Assembly: GCA_016198685.1 (NCBI GenBank)
Contig: JACQID010000006.1
Span: 96,001-160,000, forward strand
Direction: 5' to 3'
DNA: 64,000 nucleotides
Origin: Candidatus Aenigmatarchaeota archaeon
GTDB lineage: Archaea; Aenigmatarchaeota; Aenigmatarchaeia; GW2011-AR5
This document shows, one piece after another, positions 57,447-64,000 of this stretch (positions within the stretch are counted from its first letter, which is position 1; each line of letters begins with the position of its first letter). A program made the translations under genes and the position numbers. Below the pieces are notes generated by a model, which saw nothing but the letters and a program-made list of their open reading frames with translations, was not told the DNA's origin and ran no database searches.

Positions 57447-59648
57447 TTGAAATATATGGCGCACACTCTCATCATTTGCGAGAAACCGACGGCTTCCAAG
57501 AGCATTGCCGAGGCTCTTGCAGAAGGCAAACCTAAAAAAATGTTTGAAGAAGGAAGCAAGGCAGTCTGGTACGAATTCCAGAGAGACGGCAAAAAATTTG
57601 TTACCGTCCCTGCAGTCGGCCATCTTTTTACGTTAAAGCAAATAGGCAAAGGATGGGAATACCCGAATTTTGACGTTGAATGGGTTCCTTCATTCAAGGC
57701 AAACCAGATGGCTGCATTCTCAGAGCCTTACTTCAGGAATATAGAGAAATTGGCATCTGATGCGGGCGATGTTATTGTAGCAACTGACTATGACGACGAA
57801 GGAGAGGTCATAGGTTTCAACATTCTCAATCTCATGCTTGGCAGAAAAGATGCTGCACGAATGAAATTCTCCACAATGACGAAGGCCGAGCTTGTTGACA
57901 GCTACCTTCACGCGGAAAAACATCTCAATAAAAATCTCATAGAGGCGGGGATGGCGCGTCATTATCTTGATTGGTACTATGGCATAAACCTAACGCGCGC
58001 CCTTACGAACGCAATAAAAAAGAGCGCCAAGCGATTCAGGATTCTATCAACAGGACGCGTTCAGGGGCCAACCCTCCACCTTTTGGCATCGCATGAAAAA
58101 ACGATAAAACTATTCAAATCAACGCCTTTTTGGCTCATACAACTTAATGTGAAGATAGGCAAAGAAACGCTTCTTGCGGACTACGCCGAAGACAAGATAT
58201 GGGAAAAAGCCAAGGCAGAAAGCGTTATGAAGAAAGCCTCTGCCAAGAAAGCAGTTGTAACGGATGTAGAAAAAAAGCTGGTGACACAGGCACCGCCCAA
58301 GCCTTACAACACTACATCATTCCTTAGCGATATTTACAGGTATTTCGGGTATTCACCCCAGCAAGGCTTGAATATAGCCGAGACGCTTTATCAGGCAGGA
58401 TACATATCTTATCCCAGAACTTCCTCGGAAAAACTGCCCCCTGACATAAATTATAAAAAAATTATCAGCGCCCTTGGCAAACAGAAAGACTATTCAAAGG
58501 GAGCAGAAGTCCTTCTTAAAAAAGAACTCAAACCTCATGAAGGTGCGCGTACGGATCCGGCTCATCCGGCAATCTATCCTACAGGCGAGATTCCGTCAAA
58601 AGCGGGCGACAAACAGAAGAAAGTTTATGATCTTCTAGTAAGAAGATTCATGGCGTGCTTTGGCGATCCTGCTAAAAGAGAAAGCCAGAAAATTATCCTT
58701 GATGTAAATGGCGAGGAGTTTCTCATTCACGGAAAGAAGACCATAGAGAAAGGCTGGCTTTCGCTTTATGGAAAATACGCCCAGCGTGAGGATCAGGCAT
58801 TGCCTGATGTGAAAAAAGATGATTCGTTGGAGATAGTAAGCGTAGATATGCTTGACAAAGAAACGCAGCCTCCTGCCAGGTACTCGCAGGGTTCTGTACT
58901 AAAGGAAATGGAAGAGAAAAATCTCGGAACGAAAGCAACCCGAGCGCAGATCCTTCAGATACTTTACAATCGTGGTTATGTCATAGGGAAGAGCATAGAA
59001 GTCACAGAACTTGGCCAGCAGCTTTCTGATATACTTGAGAAGAATGTGCCCGATGTCGTCTCGGAGAAACTTACCGGCATGTTTGATCAGATGACAGAAA
59101 ATATTGAACTTGGCAAAGAAAAGCGTGAGCACGTGCTTAAGGAAGCCCAGAAGGAACTATCGAAAATATCATCCGAGTTCAAGAAAAAGGAAATGAAAAT
59201 AGGAGAGGAACTCACAAAAGCAGTCATCGCGACACAGGACAAGCAATCGATACTTGGGACATGCAAGGAATGCCACGGCACCCTTAAAGTTCACAAGCTC
59301 TGGAGAACGGGCAAACGTTTTGTCGGTTGCACGGGCTACAAGAACGGATGCCGTGTTGGATTCCCGCTGCCCAGGGAAGGCACGATAATGAATACCGAGA
59401 AAATATGCGAGGAATGCAAAACGCCGATAATACAGGTATATTCACAGGGGAGAAGGCCGTTTAGAATGTGCCTTGACATAAACTGCGTAACGAAGAAGGA
59501 TTGGCTGGATAAAAACAAACTCAAGAAGGCCAAGCAGGAAAGCATAGCGGCTTCCCGGGAAGCCGAGAAATTGAAGTGTTCGTGTACCAAAAGCTTCAAA
59601 AGTAATAGAGCCCTTAGTATGCATAGAAAAAAGGAGGGTCATGAATGA
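57447..59648 (+). CDS. topA: DNA topoisomerase IA
   Basis: ICEKP, ATDYDDEGE, STGRVQGPT, YISYPRT, AHPAIYPT, C-terminal zinc ribbons. Confidence 0.97.
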   Translation: MKYMAHTLIICEKPTASKSIAEALAEGKPKKMFEEGSKAVWYEFQRDGKKFVTVPAVGHLFTLKQIGKGWEYPNFDVEWVPSFKANQMAAFSEPYFRNIEKLASDAGDVIVATDYDDEGEVIGFNILNLMLGRKDAARMKFSTMTKAELVDSYLHAEKHLNKNLIEAGMARHYLDWYYGINLTRALTNAIKKSAKRFRILSTGRVQGPTLHLLASHEKTIKLFKSTPFWLIQLNVKIGKETLLADYAEDKIWEKAKAESVMKKASAKKAVVTDVEKKLVTQAPPKPYNTTSFLSDIYRYFGYSPQQGLNIAETLYQAGYISYPRTSSEKLPPDINYKKIISALGKQKDYSKGAEVLLKKELKPHEGARTDPAHPAIYPTGEIPSKAGDKQKKVYDLLVRRFMACFGDPAKRESQKIILDVNGEEFLIHGKKTIEKGWLSLYGKYAQREDQALPDVKKDDSLEIVSVDMLDKETQPPARYSQGSVLKEMEEKNLGTKATRAQILQILYNRGYVIGKSIEVTELGQQLSDILEKNVPDVVSEKLTGMFDQMTENIELGKEKREHVLKEAQKELSKISSEFKKKEMKIGEELTKAVIATQDKQSILGTCKECHGTLKVHKLWRTGKRFVGCTGYKNGCRVGFPLPREGTIMNTEKICEECKTPIIQVYSQGRRPFRMCLDINCVTKKDWLDKNKLKKAKQESIAASREAEKLKCSCTKSFKSNRALSMHRKKEGHE

Positions 59649-60235
59649 GATGCGCTGCACTCGTAATAGCGTGCCTTCTTGCTGCAGGATGCGTACAACC
59701 GAATTTAGAATATAATGGATACGATTTTGCAAAATATGGCCAGAACGGCATAAGTGCTACGGGAGACAAAGTCGTGTATTTTAATCCTTCTAATCTGCCT
59801 GAAAATGCTCTTCCTGCCGATTACATATTTTTCAGCTACGATGACTGCGACAAGTCCGCTGCCGAGCAATTGAAGCATAACGAGACCCGCATCATGGGAC
59901 CCTTCAATTGCGTTTTGGGCATGGCAGGCGGTATTTACTCCATGGAGCCTAACGAAAGAATGACATTCGATTTTGGCGAGATGGTAATAGAATCATCTTC
60001 TGCAATAAAGGATAACAAGCAGGGAAACGGCTATCTTGTGACGTTTGACGGAATGAGCCTTTATTATAACGACGGAGACAGGGTGAGCGCAGTAGACTCG
60101 AACGTTGATATAGCATTCCTCACTTATGGCGGCGCGGCGAATACAATACATCCAAAAATAGCAGTTCCATTAGCCAATGGCGCAGAATTTGAGTCTGCGC
60201 TTGAAGGTACAGGCATAGAAGTACGCGCAATCTGA
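59645..60235 (+). CDS. Lipoprotein-like protein with a degenerate MBL (UlaG-like) fold
   Basis: LAAGC lipobox-like signal; VYFNP, ADYIFFSY, GYLVTFDG, DIAFL, PKIAVP align with the family but the metal ligands are missing. Confidence 0.55.
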   Translation: MRCAALVIACLLAAGCVQPNLEYNGYDFAKYGQNGISATGDKVVYFNPSNLPENALPADYIFFSYDDCDKSAAEQLKHNETRIMGPFNCVLGMAGGIYSMEPNERMTFDFGEMVIESSSAIKDNKQGNGYLVTFDGMSLYYNDGDRVSAVDSNVDIAFLTYGGAANTIHPKIAVPLANGAEFESALEGTGIEVRAI

Positions 60236-60291
60236 TTTTCAGCCGGGAAATAATTTGCGCAAAGGGTGCTATTAATAAGTTTTTTGACGAT

Positions 60292-61197
60292 ATGATTTTC
60301 ATGTGGGACAGGAACAGTCTTGTATCTGTGACGCAACTTTCCCGTTCCGACATCGAAGAAATATTATCCGTTGCTTCTTCGTTTGTGAGGGAGCCACGGG
60401 AGTTATGCAAAGGCAAGATACTTGCTAATATATTTTTCGAGCCTTCGACAAGGACTGAGAAAAGTTTTCAGTCAGCAATGTACCGTCTGGGCGGCCAAGT
60501 GCTAACACATAAGGATGCAGGATCTTCCAGAGAAAAAGGCGAAACAAAGGAAGACACCATAAGGATACTTGCGGGTTACGCTGACATAGCAGTCATACGC
60601 GATGATGAAGAGGGGCAAATCATGCGGTATGCCGCGCTTGCCGGCGTGCCGGCGATCAATGCCGGCGACGGCTCGAATGAGCATCCAACGCAATCACTGC
60701 TTGATGCGTTTACAATAATGCAGGAGCATGGAAGGCTGGAAAATCTGAGAATTGCATTTCTCGGCGACCTGAAATACGGAAGGACCGTGCATTCATTGAT
60801 GAAAGTTCTTTCGCTCTTTCCCGGAAATGAGATGTATTCAATAACCCCATCTTCATTGACTCTCCCTGCGGAAATGCGATTTATCGAGGCAGGTCATTAT
60901 GATGTTGAAAACATGGAAAAGGCGCTGAACGAAATAAAGCCCGATGTTGTATATTGTACGCGCGTTCAGAAAGAGCGTCTTAAAGGCGAGAAAGGAAGTT
61001 ATATTATGCATCGTGAAATACTTGAGGCTCTGCCGACAACCTGCCGTGTACTTCATCCATTGCCAAGGTCAAATGAAATAAACGCTGACATGGACTCGGA
61101 TCCAAGAGTAATACCTTTCAAGCAGGCTAGAAACGGAGTTCCGGTAAGAATGGCAGTGATTTCCATGATGCTAAAAGCCAAGAAGGAACTTGAATAG
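60292..61197 (+). CDS. pyrB: Aspartate carbamoyltransferase catalytic subunit
   Basis: FFEPSTRT, KGET, NAGDGSNEHPTQ, GDLKYGRTVHS, LHPLPR. Confidence 0.97.
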   Translation: MIFMWDRNSLVSVTQLSRSDIEEILSVASSFVREPRELCKGKILANIFFEPSTRTEKSFQSAMYRLGGQVLTHKDAGSSREKGETKEDTIRILAGYADIAVIRDDEEGQIMRYAALAGVPAINAGDGSNEHPTQSLLDAFTIMQEHGRLENLRIAFLGDLKYGRTVHSLMKVLSLFPGNEMYSITPSSLTLPAEMRFIEAGHYDVENMEKALNEIKPDVVYCTRVQKERLKGEKGSYIMHREILEALPTTCRVLHPLPRSNEINADMDSDPRVIPFKQARNGVPVRMAVISMMLKAKKELE

Positions 61198-61339
61198 CAG
61201 ACCAAGCAGCATCGCGCTGCCTCCGATCACCGTTATCACGCTTAATATGAGAAACGCGTTCATGTATTCGTGCATTTTACATCAAGCAGTTCTAAGACCT
61301 TAAAAATATTTAACAGTTTGCTTATTCCTGAGTTCCTAT

Positions 61340-62035
61340 TCAAATTATCCCCAAGAGCTTGACTTCCTTCAACTTGTCTTCTTTGATCTCGAATTCAACG
61401 CTTTTGCTTTCCGCCACCGAACGGTGTTTGCGGATGATGGCCAGCCGATGACCGGCGGCTTCGGTTTTCTTTATCTCAATGAGCGCCTTTGACCAGTACT
61501 TGCTTATTGTGCGCGATGTCATCTCAATTTTCTCCCCTTCCTTTCCGTCCCCGCGAATCCCGTAGACGTGGTTGGTGACTATGACCGGAATCTTTAGGGT
61601 CCTTGCGATGCGTGACAGCACCGAGTACTGTGTTGCAAGTTGGCGGTTTATGGCTTGGAAATTATCGTCGTCAAGTTCCAACCTATAGAGCGAAACTATA
61701 GAATCCACAACTATGAGGCCGATGCTCTTCTTCTCCATGCTTTTATCAAGGCGCAGAATCTCGGCGTGCTGCTGTTTCCACGAAGTGGGTTCTACAAAAG
61801 ATACGTTTTTCAGCAGCTCTTCGGTGCCGCCAAGTTGGAAATATCTGTCAAGGGAGAACGAGCCTTCGGTGTCGATATATACGACATGCTTGCTATCCTT
61901 CGCGGCCTGTATCGCAGCGCATATTGCAATATTCGTCTTGCCCACGCCTGCCGGGCCGTATAAGTTCGTTATGGCGTCGTCCTCTATGCCACCGTCCAGT
62001 ATCTTGTCAAGCGGCGTATTTGTGGCTATTTTCAT
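61340..62035 (-). CDS. radB: RadB recombination paralog
   Basis: YGPAGVGKT, YIDTEGSFS, VVDSIVSLYR, KYWSK, KHRS. Confidence 0.9.
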   Translation of the reverse strand: MKIATNTPLDKILDGGIEDDAITNLYGPAGVGKTNIAICAAIQAAKDSKHVVYIDTEGSFSLDRYFQLGGTEELLKNVSFVEPTSWKQQHAEILRLDKSMEKKSIGLIVVDSIVSLYRLELDDDNFQAINRQLATQYSVLSRIARTLKIPVIVTNHVYGIRGDGKEGEKIEMTSRTISKYWSKALIEIKKTEAAGHRLAIIRKHRSVAESKSVEFEIKEDKLKEVKLLGII

Positions 62036-62134
62036 AGTTATTTTATCGGACGAAAGGATAAAACAGCGGCGTATAAATTAGCATTCTTCGTTATACTAAT
62101 GATTTAAATAATTTAGCATTACGTATAATGCTAA

Positions 62135-62488
62135 ATGGCCATACGGATAGAAATCCGGAAGAGCGGCGGCGAATGCATCATAATAAGCTTCCATACAAAT
62201 CCGGAGCGCTTCTCATCGGATTACGAGAGAATAGCGTTCTTCCGCAAGCTTCACGGCTGGAAGCAGACCGTGCCGAGGAACGGGAAGAATTACGAGTACA
62301 GGCGTAACGGCCTGCTGGACAGCGTTCCGCACGAGAAGATAGCGGATTCAGTTTTCCTTGTGGCTAAGGAACACATGAGAATTATGGAGGAATTCTTCCG
62401 TGAATGGGAAGAAAAAGTTGATTATGATATTATGGATGTCGTGCTGAAGGCCAGAAGACAGGGCCATAATAAACGGTCAAATATATAA
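62135..62488 (+). CDS. Hypothetical protein, possibly Cas2/VapD-like ferredoxin fold
   Basis: FFRKLHGW...[15 protein letters not shown]; fold guess only. Confidence 0.45.
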   Translation: MAIRIEIRKSGGECIIISFHTNPERFSSDYERIAFFRKLHGWKQTVPRNGKNYEYRRNGLLDSVPHEKIADSVFLVAKEHMRIMEEFFREWEEKVDYDIMDVVLKARRQGHNKRSNI

Positions 62489-62507
62489 GTTTGGGAGGGG
62501 AATAGTT

Positions 62508-64000
62508 ATGATGGAAGAAGTTATTCTTAATGTAGGCGAATTGACTGAAAGAGCAGACTTTGGCCGAGGCATCGTGAGAATTCCCTCCAAAGAGATGAAA
62601 AGGCTAGGAATAAACGAAGGAGACGTTTTAGAAATCGAGGGAAAGCGAAAAACGGGCGCTATAGCGGTTCGCGCTTATCCTGCAGATGTAGGATTGGACA
62701 TAATAAGAATGGACGGCCTTGAAAGGAGGAATTGCGCCGCAGGAATAGGGGAGTCGGTCAAAGTCAGACGCTGCGAAATCAAGGAAGCCAAGGCCGTTAC
62801 GATAGCTCCGGCGAGAAAAGGAATCATAATCCATATGGGTGGCAATCTTCTCAAGCAGAATCTTCTCATGCGGCCTGTTCTTACGGGTGACATCATAATA
62901 CCGAATCCTGTGGTTCAGGACAGAAGATCACAGAATTCATTGTTTGAACAATTCTTCGGCATGGATTTCGGGGATTTCATGTTCACGCCTTTCGGGGACG
63001 AAAAATTCGTTGTGGTAAGCAGCGAACCGAAAGGCATCGTAAGAATAACGCGCGCAACTGACGTGGAACTCTTGCCTCAGGCAACCGCGCCTGTCGAAGA
63101 AGGCAAGATACCAGAAGTCACATATGAGGATTTGGGCGGCCTGCACGAGGAAGTCAAGAAAGTAAGGGAAATGATAGAGCTTCCGCTAAAGCATCCTGAG
63201 CTCTTTGAGCGTCTCGGAATAGAGCCGCCAAAAGGCATACTACTGCACGGCCCGCCCGGTACAGGCAAGACGCTGCTTGCAAAAGCCGTAGCTAACGAGA
63301 GCGGTGCCAAGTTCTTTGTCATAAACGGACCTGAAGTCATGAGCAAATTCTATGGTGAATCGGAAGAGAATATACGTAAGGTCTTTGAGCAGGCTGAGAA
63401 GAATGCGCCAAGCATAATCTTTATCGATGAGATAGATGCCATAGCGCCGAAGCGCGAGGAAGTGCGCGGTGAAGTTGAGAAACGCGTAGTGTCGCAAATG
63501 CTCACGCTAATGGACGGGCTGAAATCAAGAGGCAAGATAATCGTCATAGGCGCAACAAATATACCGAATGCGCTTGATCCGGCATTAAGAAGGCCGGGCC
63601 GCTTTGATCGGGAGATAGAGATAGGCATACCCAACAAAGAAGGAAGAAGAGAGATATTGCAGATACACACAAGGGGCATGCCGCTTTCCAAAGACGTCAA
63701 CGTAGAAAATATAGCGTCTATAACCCACGGTTATGTAGGCGCGGACATACAGGCGCTCTGCAAGGAAGCTGCAATGCATGCATTAAGACGGGTGCTTCCT
63801 GATATCACATCAATAAAGGAAGATAAGCCAATAGATCCGGAGATAATAAAGAAGCTCACGGTAACGGATGAAGACTTCAATTATGCTCTTAAGATGGTGG
63901 GACCTTCGGCAATGCGCGAGGTTCTGATAGAAGCTCCGAATGTGAAATGGACCGACATAGGAGGCCTTGAGTATGTCAAGCAGTCATTGATAGAAGCTGT
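62508..64000 (+). CDS. cdc48: Cdc48/VAT AAA+ ATPase, partial (runs off the right edge)
   Basis: Manual translation: [55 protein letters not shown]. Confidence 0.97.
   Translation, partial: MMEEVILNVGELTERADFGRGIVRIPSKEMKRLGINEGDVLEIEGKRKTGAIAVRAYPADVGLDIIRMDGLERRNCAAGIGESVKVRRCEIKEAKAVTIAPARKGIIIHMGGNLLKQNLLMRPVLTGDIIIPNPVVQDRRSQNSLFEQFFGMDFGDFMFTPFGDEKFVVVSSEPKGIVRITRATDVELLPQATAPVEEGKIPEVTYEDLGGLHEEVKKVREMIELPLKHPELFERLGIEPPKGILLHGPPGTGKTLLAKAVANESGAKFFVINGPEVMSKFYGESEENIRKVFEQAEKNAPSIIFIDEIDAIAPKREEVRGEVEKRVVSQMLTLMDGLKSRGKIIVIGATNIPNALDPALRRPGRFDREIEIGIPNKEGRREILQIHTRGMPLSKDVNVENIASITHGYVGADIQALCKEAAMHALRRVLPDITSIKEDKPIDPEIIKKLTVTDEDFNYALKMVGPSAMREVLIEAPNVKWTDIGGLEYVKQSLIEA

Noticed and set aside
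1-64000. tRNA, rRNA, transposase or integrase genes
   Set aside because: None recognised by eye; intergenic gaps are short and no T-loop or transposase motifs were seen. tRNAscan/Infernal not run.

Overview
Archaeal genomic window. The informational genes are archaeal-type (RadB, Cdc48/VAT, archaeal TyrRS, beta-CASP nuclease, RtcA), with TATA-like promoters and GAGGTG(A) ribosome-binding sites. A DPANN/Aenigmarchaeota-like host is my inference and is not proven by this window. Four blocks are visible. (1) 1-33.3 kb: a large surface-glycan locus with nucleotide-sugar enzymes, GT2/GT4/GT9 and membrane GT-C-like transferases, tailoring enzymes (three methyltransferases, a carbamoyltransferase, two alkaline-phosphatase-superfamily proteins), heptose-activation genes and two RHH regulators. 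(2) 33.4-38.1 kb: housekeeping genes. (3) 38.1-51.0 kb: a defence island with a type I-B CRISPR-Cas system (cas6-cas8b-cas7-cas5-cas3, then an AbiEi/AbiEii toxin-antitoxin pair, then cas4-cas1-cas2) and an array of 20 repeats and 19 spacers. (4) 51-64 kb: housekeeping genes (tyrS, serS, topA, pyrB, radB, partial cdc48). Best leads: an RHH domain fused to an apparently inactive nucleotidyltransferase, with helically phased repeats over its own promoter; an AbiE module with twin 24-bp palindromes embedded in the cas operon and overlapping cas4; an archaeal heptose module with a kinase-GmhA fusion and a GT9; a His-type (ColD-like) 3-dehydratase beside gmd; an ACG-start or readthrough junction between two glycosyltransferases; and two frameshifted genes. 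All family calls come from motif recognition by eye; no database searches were run.
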